From: a virus
Lineage: Duplodnaviria > Caudoviricetes
Strand: one strand, 5' to 3'
DNA: 57,555 nucleotides
Virus record (IMG/VR): IMGVR_UViG_3300025723_001287
Coordinates: 1 to 57,555 of that record
The translations under genes were made by a program, and so were the position numbers. The first letter of the stretch is position 1. Each line of letters opens with the position of its first letter. Positions 1 through 9,955 of this stretch are shown in pieces. The notes under the pieces were generated by a model. That model did not search any database. It saw only the letters and a program-made list of their open reading frames with translations, and had not been told where the DNA came from.

Positions 1-200
1 GCCCAATTAAAATGATCATAAAACTTATCCATCGATGTTGCATAATTACCTGCTGAATCTTTAAGACTTAAATCAAGAGGATTGTTGGGACTAGACTTAA
101 CTAGACCTAACAGTTTAATGATATCGTCCATTTTTGGATCGCACTCTAATTCATTACCTGCGGTCCAACTACATCCATTAGTTACTAAATGTTTAATCAT
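1..200 (-). CDS. SGNH-like hydrolase/acyltransferase, 5' part only (runs off window edge)
   Basis: Translated by hand from ATG at 200: MIKHLVTNGCSWTAGNELE...; GCS motif like other paralogs; ATGA overlap with upstream gene. Confidence 0.6.
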   Translation of the reverse strand, partial: MIKHLVTNGCSWTAGNELECDPKMDDIIKLLGLVKSSPNNPLDLSLKDSAGNYATSMDKFYDHFNW

Positions 201-1114
201 GCTAGTAAATTATGTTCTTTAATATAACGGACTAATTCATGTGCCCACGCTTCATGGCTGTCGGGACTAGGATGCCATCCGAACAAAACTTTTTCTATAC
301 CTAGTTCAGGTTTTTCAATATAACTTTTAAAGGTACTATTAGGCTGATCTTTTTTGTAAAATCTAACAGGATCAATAGTATTCCATAAATTTAAATAATT
401 ATTCAGAGCCCCGAAACGACTTTCAGTATCTGATCGTTGATATTGATAACTGCCAACATTACATTCTAGTTTTAACAACTCTTCTTTGATATCTAAGTCA
501 TACCAGTCCTGGGGATTTTTTTTTGGCACTTGATAAAAGCTATTCCAACATAACCATTTGATTCCATGAGCATTACAGAAGTTTTGAAATTGTAGTACAT
601 TAAACACATATCGAGGAATGTATTCCTCAGCATTCCATAAGTGTGTTACATACAGTTCCCAAAACTTTCTTTGAGGAGGTGCATCAAAATGCTCTATTTG
701 GGGCCACAATCTAAATATAGAATTTATTTTGTCATCCTTATACCAAAAACTGTTGCGTTCAGGACTAGTCCACCCTATCATTACTAACAAATTGTCAACA
801 CTGCGATTTTTTGCAAGATATTGGCTACCGATATATTCCATAGTGCGTCTTAGAATACTGCCATTATCGTCTGCAGGCCAGCTTAGATTAGTTACTTTAC
901 AATCTAATAGCTTACCTAAATGATGACTAAAAATTCTAGGACGTCTGTAGCTGTCGTTAGACTCGTAAAAGTCATATGAACCTGCGTAGACGTCACCGTA
1001 CTTTTTTTGTAATTCCGGATCTACAATTTCGCAACCAAATACCCAAGAGTCCCCGTCGCAAATAATTTCTAGCTCAGATGTACCATTCGAACCATTTTTT
1101 TCTAATTTTGTCAT
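197..1114 (-). CDS. SGNH/GDSL-like hydrolase or acyltransferase
   Basis: DGDSWVFG block I and C-terminal GWHPS; ATG at 1114 preferred over TTG at 1123. Confidence 0.65.
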   Translation of the reverse strand: MTKLEKNGSNGTSELEIICDGDSWVFGCEIVDPELQKKYGDVYAGSYDFYESNDSYRRPRIFSHHLGKLLDCKVTNLSWPADDNGSILRRTMEYIGSQYLAKNRSVDNLLVMIGWTSPERNSFWYKDDKINSIFRLWPQIEHFDAPPQRKFWELYVTHLWNAEEYIPRYVFNVLQFQNFCNAHGIKWLCWNSFYQVPKKNPQDWYDLDIKEELLKLECNVGSYQYQRSDTESRFGALNNYLNLWNTIDPVRFYKKDQPNSTFKSYIEKPELGIEKVLFGWHPSPDSHEAWAHELVRYIKEHNLLA

Positions 1115-1901
1115 AGTCGTCAATTCCTTTTAAATTCTCATCTACTGCTGTACTCCTTATAACAGCATACTCTATAGGCTTGCTACCATCGGGGTGTATG
1201 CCTAAATCGGTACAGTGATCGTATAGTAAACATCCTGGCCCATACCATAATGTTACATCTATATTAGTAGGTCCTGATTGCATAGCCACATAGTCTGCCG
1301 TGTGCTGTTGTTTAAGTTTGCTGTATATATCACCGACTAAATCCATAGTAGGACTATCGCCATAGAACAGTACATCATCAAAATTGTTATAGTTAAATTC
1401 ACTAGTAAATTTACTTATAGGTGTACACGAATAACAAATACCCGGCCAAACTCTTCGAAGAGGGAATGTATTAGTTGGCGGGTATATAACATCGAGCCTT
1501 GCTTTGATAACGCAATCATATTGCATATTGTGTTTAAGTTCATAGTCTCGCTTTAACATTAGACTTCTTGCGTGACTGTAAAACATAGGATCCCAAGCTC
1601 TAGGAAATTCTTCTTCATTAAATTCTTGGCAAATAAATCCCTTTGGATTGTATGCGGCTTTGATTGCATCTGCATCATCATGCTTGACGATCTCATACTG
1701 ATTATGTTTTTGTTTCGGAAATCTCCAAGTGTTACGATCCCAAGTGTGTATAAAGTAGTCTACTTCAATTTCCTGACCAGTTTCGAGATGTCTTGTTAAT
1801 CCAAAAAACTTTAAATTATTCTCAACTCCAGTTTGCCAATGCCGTGCCTGGCCGCTATAGCAGACTGCTATTCTAATTTTGTTTCCATCAAATGAGTTCA
1901 T
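1074..1901 (-). CDS. Putative glycosyltransferase-like phage protein (IAxCxSGQxR family)
   Basis: IAVCYSGQAR, DYFIHTWD, YDCVIKARLD, DDVLFYG motifs; paralog of next gene. Confidence 0.45.
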   Translation of the reverse strand: MNSFDGNKIRIAVCYSGQARHWQTGVENNLKFFGLTRHLETGQEIEVDYFIHTWDRNTWRFPKQKHNQYEIVKHDDADAIKAAYNPKGFICQEFNEEEFPRAWDPMFYSHARSLMLKRDYELKHNMQYDCVIKARLDVIYPPTNTFPLRRVWPGICYSCTPISKFTSEFNYNNFDDVLFYGDSPTMDLVGDIYSKLKQQHTADYVAMQSGPTNIDVTLWYGPGCLLYDHCTDLGIHPDGSKPIEYAVIRSTAVDENLKGIDDYDKIRKKWFEWYI

Positions 1902-2763
1902 GCCCACCTAAACTCTCCTCTAATCCTGCTTGTTTTTTTCGATCTAAGTAGTCAGTTTGTCGAAATATTTTTGGATCTATACTAATAGGCACTATATCCA
2001 TACGTAACATTTTAGCATAAAAGTACAGAGCATGCTCTGTACCTGGATTTCCATTGCCAAATGATTTAGTTCCTAATATAGGTAACCACCTATATAAATT
2101 ACAAATTCTATCAAAGGCTACAGTACCTCCATACCAAAATATATCTCCCATCCTATGAAACGGGAATTGATTATCATCCCTTCTAGTATGACAACTATAG
2201 ATATGATTAAATTTAGGAATCTGGAAATCGTTACTTTCTTTATTAAAGAACCAGCCAACTTGCTCATCGCTAAGAAATAAATCATAACGCATACGAAAAA
2301 CAATATCATATCTGAAATTATTTTCTAATTCATATTTTTGTTTAAGATGAGAAGCATACATAATACTGTAGAACTGACTGGCAATCCATTCTAGGGTCAC
2401 TATACCGTGATGTTTTTGATTTGGTATTGCTCGAGCTCTAATTTCTTTAACTCGGCTTTTACTGTGTTCTTCATCCTCGAACACATGATATATAGGATTA
2501 ATAGTATCAACAAAGGACTGTTTCTCTTCTTCAGTTAGCTTTATACCTTTTACAGTTTTATAGCCATCTACTGAAGAATCATCTACACCCGGGGCCGCAG
2601 CCAGTACAGCATGCGGCGGTGTATTGAAATCCCAAGCATGACAAAAATAATCTACTTTTTCAGCCCCAGTAAGAATACACAGCTTCTCTTCAAAGGCTTT
2701 CCATCCCGGATAACATTTGTTCCATGTTCGTGGCTGACCGCTAAGACATATTGCAATTTTCAT
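1888..2763 (-). CDS. Putative glycosyltransferase-like phage protein (IAxCxSGQxR family)
   Basis: MKIAICLSGQPR, DYFCHAWD, YDIVFRMRYD, GDIFWYG. Confidence 0.45.
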   Translation of the reverse strand: MKIAICLSGQPRTWNKCYPGWKAFEEKLCILTGAEKVDYFCHAWDFNTPPHAVLAAAPGVDDSSVDGYKTVKGIKLTEEEKQSFVDTINPIYHVFEDEEHSKSRVKEIRARAIPNQKHHGIVTLEWIASQFYSIMYASHLKQKYELENNFRYDIVFRMRYDLFLSDEQVGWFFNKESNDFQIPKFNHIYSCHTRRDDNQFPFHRMGDIFWYGGTVAFDRICNLYRWLPILGTKSFGNGNPGTEHALYFYAKMLRMDIVPISIDPKIFRQTDYLDRKKQAGLEESLGGHELI

Positions 2764-4148
2764 AACGTTTTACAATGGTAATAAAATTCAGTCATCTCCG
2801 GAAATGTTTCTAAAAAATCAGTGCCACGTCGGCGATCATGCTCGTCGACAAAACTAACAAAATCTTTTCGTTTGATGCGATTCTGTTCTTCATTAACATC
2901 TTTGGGATGATTTAAAAACATTTCATAGATACGTTTCATTCGTTCAACTTCGTGAGCGTCGAACCCACGATAAACAGTATCAGACGTTTCTAAATAACTA
3001 TACACAAATTTTACATGTTCATGTATGATTTCTTCAAACTCTTTGGTTAGAATAAAGATGGCTTGATGTTTAGGATATCGCAAGTAAGGTATATCCAGCA
3101 ACACTGGCGAAAATCTAAATTCAGGCCTATAGTATTTCTTCTTAAGCGTTACAATGTCTTCTAGGAATTTACTGTAGCTAGGTACGCTTAGGGCATTATA
3201 TGTGCTCATAACAGTAAACGACAGTCCTGGAATGGCAGTTAGCATCTTTTCAATATTACTAATCCAGAGATTATAATCCATGCCATTTCTAATATACTCT
3301 GCTTGGCCACCGTATGCTTCTGCACTGGTAAACAGTTTGAATCGTTTAACTTTGCCCTCGGACATGATAATTTTTATTTTTTCAATAAACTTATCTAAAA
3401 TATCATCTGGAGGACACATGTTAGCATTAATGCTAAAATCTAAATTTGGATTAGGATTTTCAATTATGTAATCTAAAATCTTAAACGTATTCTTGTTTAG
3501 CAATGGCTCGCCACCAGTAATTCTAAAATGTTCTAGTTCAGTATAAGCGGTCGGCCACCATTTCCAAAATGCATCGACGTATGGATTTTCGTCTTTATTC
3601 GGGATAGGTATTTGATTAGGATCAATACCATTATAATAGGTAGATGTGGGATATGGACCGTACTTTTCAATTTCTTCCATCCATCTAGAGCTAATTTGAG
3701 GTGCGCAATAACTACACTTAAAATTACACACATTGCCAAAACTTACTTCGACATAACTAGGTATTGCATCGTCGTCCCAAGGCTTGCTGACAATATCGTT
3801 AATATGTGGAGCCGCCCATTTATCGGCACTCTTAAAAATTCGATCACTTAGGCTGTTGCTGTCATCCTCGACTCTCCAGCAGTAGTCACACTCGCCTGGA
3901 CGTTCGCCTTCCAACATAAGTCTACGCTGTTCTTTTTTAAACTGTGTATTATGTAGTGCAGAAGGATTTAGGGCCAGCTCGTCTAAGGGAATTTTATGTG
4001 TTGGCGGGTGATGGCAACTATGTGTATGTCCAGTTTGCAGATGCATAGTTACCTGCTTCCATTTTGCCGCGCAGAACGATGGACTTATTTTATTAAGTTC
4101 ATCTCTAAATTCAACTATTGGTATATGTATATTTTTTATCAAGTCCAC
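2760..4148 (-). CDS. Radical SAM protein with N-terminal twitch/SPASM-like Cys region
   Basis: CNFKCSYC, TGGEPLL, N-terminal FCAAKW...SCHH...CDYCW. Confidence 0.85.
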   Translation of the reverse strand: MDLIKNIHIPIVEFRDELNKISPSFCAAKWKQVTMHLQTGHTHSCHHPPTHKIPLDELALNPSALHNTQFKKEQRRLMLEGERPGECDYCWRVEDDSNSLSDRIFKSADKWAAPHINDIVSKPWDDDAIPSYVEVSFGNVCNFKCSYCAPQISSRWMEEIEKYGPYPTSTYYNGIDPNQIPIPNKDENPYVDAFWKWWPTAYTELEHFRITGGEPLLNKNTFKILDYIIENPNPNLDFSINANMCPPDDILDKFIEKIKIIMSEGKVKRFKLFTSAEAYGGQAEYIRNGMDYNLWISNIEKMLTAIPGLSFTVMSTYNALSVPSYSKFLEDIVTLKKKYYRPEFRFSPVLLDIPYLRYPKHQAIFILTKEFEEIIHEHVKFVYSYLETSDTVYRGFDAHEVERMKRIYEMFLNHPKDVNEEQNRIKRKDFVSFVDEHDRRRGTDFLETFPEMTEFYYHCKTL

Positions 4149-4969
4149 AAACTCTGTCTAATTTTGATAAGGCGAATCATCATAGCCTCGTCCTCGTCCT
4201 CGTAAGCCTTTTCAATTTTTTGAAGTTCATCAAGAGCTAGTCGGCTAGCCTTTTCAAGTTCGGGACTTTTATCGCCACTCCAACTTAATTTGCCATCATT
4301 AGCTTCACGGCTGGCTTCACAGTAGGCAGTCCACCCACTGATCTCGTAAGGATCTGGACGATTGCGATAGACAGTAGTCCACCAAGTGTATAGCTCGATA
4401 ATTTCTTTAGCCGCATTGGCTTGGTATGTGGGTTCAGCTAAATGCTTTTCGCCCTCTTCCAAAAACTCTTCGTTAGTAAGAGTACTGGCCCATGTTAAAT
4501 AGGCCAAACCAGCTTCTGGGCAACGCCAAGTGCGCCAGCGTAACCATCCGCTACGATACCAAGGAACATTGTACTTTACTCGTTCCTCTTCATTCCACAT
4601 ACAATAATGCCATGCTTGTTCTACTTCAACGAAATCCACAAGCTCTTTAAAAAGACAAGGGAGAAACCGATTACCAACGTCACACCAACTGCCAGGGCGG
4701 ATATCGCGAGGGTGGGCAGTAAGAGCATGACTCTTACTAACCCAACGATTGTTGATGTAGTATCTGACGTCATTTAGTTTGTCCATAGGATAGTTTATAA
4801 AATTTTGAATAGCATCTAATGCTTCTTCGGCTATCCAATAACGGATCGGATGTGCGGCACCAGCAGTCTTATACCATTCGTTCCATTCTTCGCTAGTGCC
4901 ACAACCTAACTTAGGAGTGCCACGAAGCCAGTCTGCGAATTTCGAACATGACCAATAATTACTTCTCAT
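4139..4969 (-). CDS. Hypothetical Trp-rich phage protein
   Basis: 276-aa ORF coupled to neighbours; no motif recognised. Confidence 0.7.
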   Translation of the reverse strand: MRSNYWSCSKFADWLRGTPKLGCGTSEEWNEWYKTAGAAHPIRYWIAEEALDAIQNFINYPMDKLNDVRYYINNRWVSKSHALTAHPRDIRPGSWCDVGNRFLPCLFKELVDFVEVEQAWHYCMWNEEERVKYNVPWYRSGWLRWRTWRCPEAGLAYLTWASTLTNEEFLEEGEKHLAEPTYQANAAKEIIELYTWWTTVYRNRPDPYEISGWTAYCEASREANDGKLSWSGDKSPELEKASRLALDELQKIEKAYEDEDEAMMIRLIKIRQSLWT

Positions 4970-5103
4970 TCTTCCACCTTATCTATTCCGTAGAAACTTT
5001 GAAACGGTATTTTATATACCGAATATCTTAATGCTTCGCTGACAGTATCGAAATACCTTACTTTCAGTTGTCCAGTTGTTGACCAAAATCTTAACTTATA
5101 CAT
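4966..5103 (-). CDS. Small hypothetical protein (45 aa, not in ORF track)
   Basis: MYKLRFWSTTGQLKVRYFDTVSEALRYSV...; fills the gap exactly, with TAATG and ATGA overlaps. Confidence 0.6.
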   Translation of the reverse strand: MYKLRFWSTTGQLKVRYFDTVSEALRYSVYKIPFQSFYGIDKVEE

Positions 5104-6428
5104 TAAATCTTCTCACCTACATCAAATCCTCTAAATCTTAAAAATCTAGGAAACCTTAACGAGTACGACCCGTCTTGATTTTGTGTAATAGCGTCTGCAC
5201 GTACTTCGACAATATTACCGATAAGGTTATCCCGATCGGACCAATAAGCATCGCGATTATCATCGGTAAATCCTGATCCGACATTGACTCTAATAATTTT
5301 ACCATCATCTTCTCCCTCGCATACAAATGCACCTAGTTTACCTACGTTACGACCTGTACCTTCTTCTACTTCTTTAACTTCTAAAGACACTTCAATAAAT
5401 GGTTTCAATTTTAACCATGCTGTACTACGTTTACATTCATAAGGAGCAAGTGGATCCTTAATCATAATACCTTCGTAGCCACCGTCGATTGCCTTTTGGT
5501 TAATTTCTTTAAAACGCTTTTGACCTTCTGCTGTATCCAAATCAACCAGTTCGTTTGCAACACAGGTAACATTGGGCAATAGGGCTTGATTAGTCTCTAC
5601 CCAGAACTTAACCATTTGACTACGTGTAGTTTGGTCTTTCTCGTAAATACCTTTTTCAAAATCTTCTAATGGTAACACATCAAATAAGTTAAGGATAGCA
5701 TCGTCACTTTGTACATCACTCTTACGATGTACCTGCTTCATCAAATCTTGAAAACTAGACGACATAATTTCGCCATCTAGTACAACGTCCATGCTTTTGC
5801 TGGAGCCTTTTTGTTTAATTACCGAACTAATCTGTTCTGCTATGTGAGGGAAGTTAGCAAGTTCCTTACCGTTACGACTAAACATATCGACGCGGCCATC
5901 TGCACGAACAATAGTGATAACACGAACCCCATCAAGTTTAACCTCAATAAGTTTTTTGCCCGAGACTTTATTTTCATGATTAGCACTATCGTGGGCAAGC
6001 TGGCAACCAAACACAGGAATACTGTAATCAGCATATTTTTTCTCTACTACTTTGTTAATTGTTTTTTCGCTTACACCACAGCGTAAGTCTTTGATTAAAA
6101 TTCTACGATACCAACTGTTCCACTCTGCTTTGGTTGCTGACTTCATCATCGTTTGAATCATGTCGCGAGCTGTATTACCTGTGACATTGCGACTGACAAA
6201 GCCAGTAATAGCGAGAGTAAAACTGTCCCAAGGTAAGCCAGGGCCGTCTTCATCTTGTTTCTCCGGTATTTGTTTAAGTCCAAAAGTAATCATTGGATCT
6301 AGTGCAAGTCTGCATCCTTCGAAGAATTCATTATTGCCTTCTTGGGCAATAGCTTCGATGATAGCCTCTTTGTTTAAACGACTAGGATGGGTTTCTAACG
6401 CCCAAATATGGCTGGCACAAACGCTCAT
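5103..6428 (-). CDS. lig: ATP-dependent DNA ligase
   Basis: EVKLDGVR (KxDG), LDGE, EGIMIK, WLKLKP, C-terminal OB-fold SLRFPRF. Confidence 0.95.
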   Translation of the reverse strand: MSVCASHIWALETHPSRLNKEAIIEAIAQEGNNEFFEGCRLALDPMITFGLKQIPEKQDEDGPGLPWDSFTLAITGFVSRNVTGNTARDMIQTMMKSATKAEWNSWYRRILIKDLRCGVSEKTINKVVEKKYADYSIPVFGCQLAHDSANHENKVSGKKLIEVKLDGVRVITIVRADGRVDMFSRNGKELANFPHIAEQISSVIKQKGSSKSMDVVLDGEIMSSSFQDLMKQVHRKSDVQSDDAILNLFDVLPLEDFEKGIYEKDQTTRSQMVKFWVETNQALLPNVTCVANELVDLDTAEGQKRFKEINQKAIDGGYEGIMIKDPLAPYECKRSTAWLKLKPFIEVSLEVKEVEEGTGRNVGKLGAFVCEGEDDGKIIRVNVGSGFTDDNRDAYWSDRDNLIGNIVEVRADAITQNQDGSYSLRFPRFLRFRGFDVGEKI

Positions 6429-6460
6429 GTTGACTCCAATAATTAACTGTACAAGTGTAT

Positions 6461-6489
6461 ATTATACAGTATAGTTATCAGTATGTCAA
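6461..6489 (-). promoter_or_regulatory. sigma70-type promoter
   Basis: TTGACA-17 nt-TATAAT upstream of ligase. Confidence 0.85.
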
Positions 6490-7203
6490 CCAGAGGCTTG
6501 TTCTAAATGGTGTGCCGTAGTAGGCATTTTCTAATTGACGCATAATTAAATTTCTCATTCTGCGTACAATAGGATGATTGTGATTCCAATCAAAAATTTT
6601 GAGATATGTGTACCAAGTCATATTCTTATGACGTCGACATTGGTTTGAATCTAGATAATGTCCTATACGAGTTGGATCGTAGCCAAAACGATCAATTAAT
6701 TCGCAAGCGGCATTAAAAGCATGAGCACCCATTTCATCTGTATCACCGTAGTATTCTTGCTGTTTACGCTCTTTGGTTAACTGGGCCGTACTTTGATAAC
6801 CTGGAATATTTTTAAATCCTCTGGCTCGGAATTGTCGCATATGGATTATTTCGTGACATATAACATCACTAAATCGAACAGCCATGCGTTTGAAACGATA
6901 AGCAGTTATGCGCATTTTGGTTTCTTCAGGATTATAGTTAAAATTGACTTCTATAGCAGGGTTGCCCTTTCGGTCTAAATGGCTATAGTAACACCCGCCC
7001 ATAAAGATGTAGCCCGGAGTTGTAGGAGCATACAAGCATTTTTTAACCTTAATAGGCAAATGTGCTTTAATGTGCCGATTAATGCGTTTTTGGATTTGAT
7101 TAGGAGATAGCTCTTTGCCCACTATTTCGCTGTTAAGCGAATAGAACATAGAGTACAGGTTACTGCGGGTTAGTTCTGACCAATTAAATGGTAGTTGGGC
7201 CAT
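6478..7203 (-). CDS. HExxH zinc-metalloprotease-like protein
   Basis: CHEIIHMRQ plus downstream YYGDTDEMGAHA; paralog of 15650..16312. Confidence 0.6.
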   Translation of the reverse strand: MAQLPFNWSELTRSNLYSMFYSLNSEIVGKELSPNQIQKRINRHIKAHLPIKVKKCLYAPTTPGYIFMGGCYYSHLDRKGNPAIEVNFNYNPEETKMRITAYRFKRMAVRFSDVICHEIIHMRQFRARGFKNIPGYQSTAQLTKERKQQEYYGDTDEMGAHAFNAACELIDRFGYDPTRIGHYLDSNQCRRHKNMTWYTYLKIFDWNHNHPIVRRMRNLIMRQLENAYYGTPFRTSLWLTY

Positions 7204-7223
7204 AGTACACTCCTAGACAATAC

Positions 7224-7231
7224 TATTTATA
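7224..7231 (-). promoter_or_regulatory. T4-late-like promoter TATAAATA
   Basis: Exact TATAAATA upstream of AGGAG RBS and ATG at 7203. Confidence 0.5.
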
Positions 7232-7249
7232 TTATACTATGGCTACCAA

Positions 7250-8308
7250 TTATATGCTACTATTAAGGTTGTCCTTTATTTGAATTTCACTAGGACTATA
7301 CTCATTAAGTATATACTTTATCTGTTCTTTCGCCAGTTGGCGTTTGGGGTGATTTATATTTCCGATAACATCATAATCGCTGAAATTATCCCACGTTCCC
7401 CAATCATCTAATTTACTAACTGTTCCAAAAAAATTATATTTTCGGCATAAGGCAGCAAAATTTATTAGATCCCCTGCATTAGCAGATTGTAATACAAATT
7501 TGAGAGAAATATTAGCATTTGGTAATATGTGCCTATTCTCGCTTAACCATTTTAAATTATACTCAATATCTTGGAATTTTCCAGGCTTCCTTACAACCTC
7601 ATAAACTTCTTTAGATCCAGCGTCTATGCTTATTTTTAAATCTGTAATTCTAGATGCAATTTTAGTTTTTGACAACAGTTTTTTTAAAAGAAGTCCATTA
7701 GTTTGGAACATAAAATATTCAGTATCTTTTGGTTCCCAATTTAGAAATAATGGTCGGAGTATAGTACTAGCAAATATGTCTCCGCCCGAAGTTGTAATTG
7801 TTATAGGTTTATCAAATTTTTTAACTAAATTTAATATATGATCTATAATAGTTTTTCTACGATCGAACTCTGGACCAACAGTAATGTTCATAGCACTACG
7901 TCTGCAACTAGGGCATGCTAGATTACAACTTTCGTCTACATCTATACTTAGAAGATAGTTAGTTAAAATTTGATTTGATTTTAAAATACCACAGTGCTGA
8001 ACGGCACAATTGGTAAATCGCCTATCCACCATTATATCTTTTTGTATCTCTTTGGCAACCTCAGATTGCCATATATCTTCCAATTGATCAAATTCAGTAA
8101 TTTTACCTACAGAGATTGGAAGAAATACTTCACAGGTACAAATATGACTATCTCCCCGCCAATCTATACTTAAGGCTCGGGTTGGAATATTACAATTAAA
8201 TTTTGGAATATCTAAAAAATCAATCCCCCTTGGATATGACTCCATAGCGGGATGATTTTTATATTGCTCAATTAATTGTATTTCGATATATTTTTTTGCA
8301 TCTGTCAT
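7250..8308 (-). CDS. Radical SAM protein
   Basis: CNLACPSC, SGGDIF, FQTNG, ISIDA; N-terminal Cys cluster. Confidence 0.85.
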   Translation of the reverse strand: MTDAKKYIEIQLIEQYKNHPAMESYPRGIDFLDIPKFNCNIPTRALSIDWRGDSHICTCEVFLPISVGKITEFDQLEDIWQSEVAKEIQKDIMVDRRFTNCAVQHCGILKSNQILTNYLLSIDVDESCNLACPSCRRSAMNITVGPEFDRRKTIIDHILNLVKKFDKPITITTSGGDIFASTILRPLFLNWEPKDTEYFMFQTNGLLLKKLLSKTKIASRITDLKISIDAGSKEVYEVVRKPGKFQDIEYNLKWLSENRHILPNANISLKFVLQSANAGDLINFAALCRKYNFFGTVSKLDDWGTWDNFSDYDVIGNINHPKRQLAKEQIKYILNEYSPSEIQIKDNLNSSI

Positions 8309-8898
8309 TAAGGGCGTTTTGTAATAATCTCGTCAACCAACCCAAAATCTACAGCTTCTTGGGCACTCATAAAGTTATCACGTTCCATAGCATTATAAAA
8401 CTCTTCAAAAGTCTTGCCCTTGCTATTATGGTCTACGTAAATTTGGGTTAAACTTTGCTTCATTTTTAGGATCTCTTTTACTTGGATTTCCATGTCTGTA
8501 GCTTGTCCACCAGCACCGCCACTAGGTTGATGAATCATGTGGCGAGCATTAGGTAGCATTTTACGTTTACCAGGAGCGCCAGCAGTGGCGAGTAAACTAC
8601 CCATTGAGCAAGCCTGTCCCATAACGATGGTCGAGACATCTGGCTTGATGAACTGCATAGTATCGTAAATTGCCATACCAGCGGTAACAACACCGCCAGG
8701 GCTATTAATGAAAAAATTAATATCCTCATTACCTTGACTTTCTAAGAAAAGTAGCTGTGCTACGATTAAACTTGCTGAGTGTTCATTAACATCTGTGTCC
8801 AGCATGACAATTCGATCCTTAAGCAATCGACTGTAAATGTCATAACTACGTTCTCCACGAGCTTCTTGCTCGATTACCATTGGTACTAAATTAGGCAT
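8308..8898 (-). CDS. clpP: ATP-dependent Clp protease proteolytic subunit
   Basis: [37 protein letters not shown]. Confidence 0.97.
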   Translation of the reverse strand: MPNLVPMVIEQEARGERSYDIYSRLLKDRIVMLDTDVNEHSASLIVAQLLFLESQGNEDINFFINSPGGVVTAGMAIYDTMQFIKPDVSTIVMGQACSMGSLLATAGAPGKRKMLPNARHMIHQPSGGAGGQATDMEIQVKEILKMKQSLTQIYVDHNSKGKTFEEFYNAMERDNFMSAQEAVDFGLVDEIITKRP

Positions 8899-9268
8899 TG
8901 TGTTCCTTTTTAATAAATTGTTCTAATTCGGGAGGAGTCCACCCTACTGGCTTTAATACTTTGCCATCTTCACGTTTACGAACCTTGCCAGTTTCTTTAT
9001 CAATTTTGGCAAAGTTTGTATTCATAACTTCTTTCCATGCACCTTCTGCATCTGCACCCATACTATGGATAGCACCGATGGTAACAACTAAAATATCAAT
9101 CAACGCATCCAAAGTTTCTACTTTGTCATTGTTGTTGATAGCCACAGTTAACTCATCGTGTTCTTCTTTAATCAGACCTACATACATGGCAAACTGTTTA
9201 ATATCTTCTGTGCCAACAGTTTGATCACAGGCTCGCATAAACTTTTCTTGATCACGAAACGGATTCAT
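8891..9268 (-). CDS. MazG-like / PRA-PH family NTP pyrophosphohydrolase
   Basis: LIKEEHDEL...[22 protein letters not shown]. Confidence 0.8.
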   Translation of the reverse strand: MNPFRDQEKFMRACDQTVGTEDIKQFAMYVGLIKEEHDELTVAINNNDKVETLDALIDILVVTIGAIHSMGADAEGAWKEVMNTNFAKIDKETGKVRKREDGKVLKPVGWTPPELEQFIKKEHNA

Positions 9269-9671
9269 ATACTTCCTCTTCTAAATATCTTTTTAATTCT
9301 TTGTCGGTGGGCTCTACTGAGTAGTTATTTTTAAAAAATATTTCATAACTATCACTACCATATTTTCCAATGCCATATAACTTTTTAGCATCTTCACCGT
9401 CCCAGGTCAAGTAATCTTGGCTCATACGAACTAGTCGTTCATAACGAATATTCATCATGCCCAATGGTGCTAGGATAGTTTTCACAAAGTCCTCGTCAGC
9501 ACGGAGTAATGCTTGAGGTGTAGGAAACCAATATAGGAATTCTGGCAAGGTCAGTTTAACCGGTTTACGACTAGTTTGGTTTAGCATGATAACACCTACC
9601 ATGTGTTCCCACGCATTTGAGATCTGTTGCTGTACCATTAGGTCATCACGTAGGGGTTCAAAGAATTTCAT
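9252..9671 (-). CDS. MBD4-like HhH-GPD DNA glycosylase
   Basis: MLNQTS, PLG, LYGIGKYGSDSYEIF (HhH), PTDKELKRY with catalytic-type Asp. Confidence 0.8.
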   Translation of the reverse strand: MKFFEPLRDDLMVQQQISNAWEHMVGVIMLNQTSRKPVKLTLPEFLYWFPTPQALLRADEDFVKTILAPLGMMNIRYERLVRMSQDYLTWDGEDAKKLYGIGKYGSDSYEIFFKNNYSVEPTDKELKRYLEEEVYESVS

Positions 9672-9955
9672 TCTGCTGGCTCGTAAGTGGCATCAAAGAT
9701 ATCTGGCTTGCAAGCGTAGAACTCGCCTTGCACACCTCGAATAATCCAATCGCCTTCTGTGGCAATATGCTTGACAGTTAAATGGACACCATCTTCTAGT
9801 GTGCCAATCTCTGCTTCGGCAAGTGCGCCAGGATGGCGTTCTTTTCGAACATTACCCAACGCATCTCCACAAAATGATTTTACGGCAATCATTCCCTGTT
9901 CATCGTAGGTAAATCGAACTGCTTCGATTACTACAGGTTTTTTTCTAAACTTCAT
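9668..9955 (-). CDS. Conserved small phage protein
   Basis: MKFRKKPVVIEAV...GDWII.G..GEFYACKPDIF, a common phage family of unknown function. Confidence 0.75.
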   Translation of the reverse strand: MKFRKKPVVIEAVRFTYDEQGMIAVKSFCGDALGNVRKERHPGALAEAEIGTLEDGVHLTVKHIATEGDWIIRGVQGEFYACKPDIFDATYEPAE

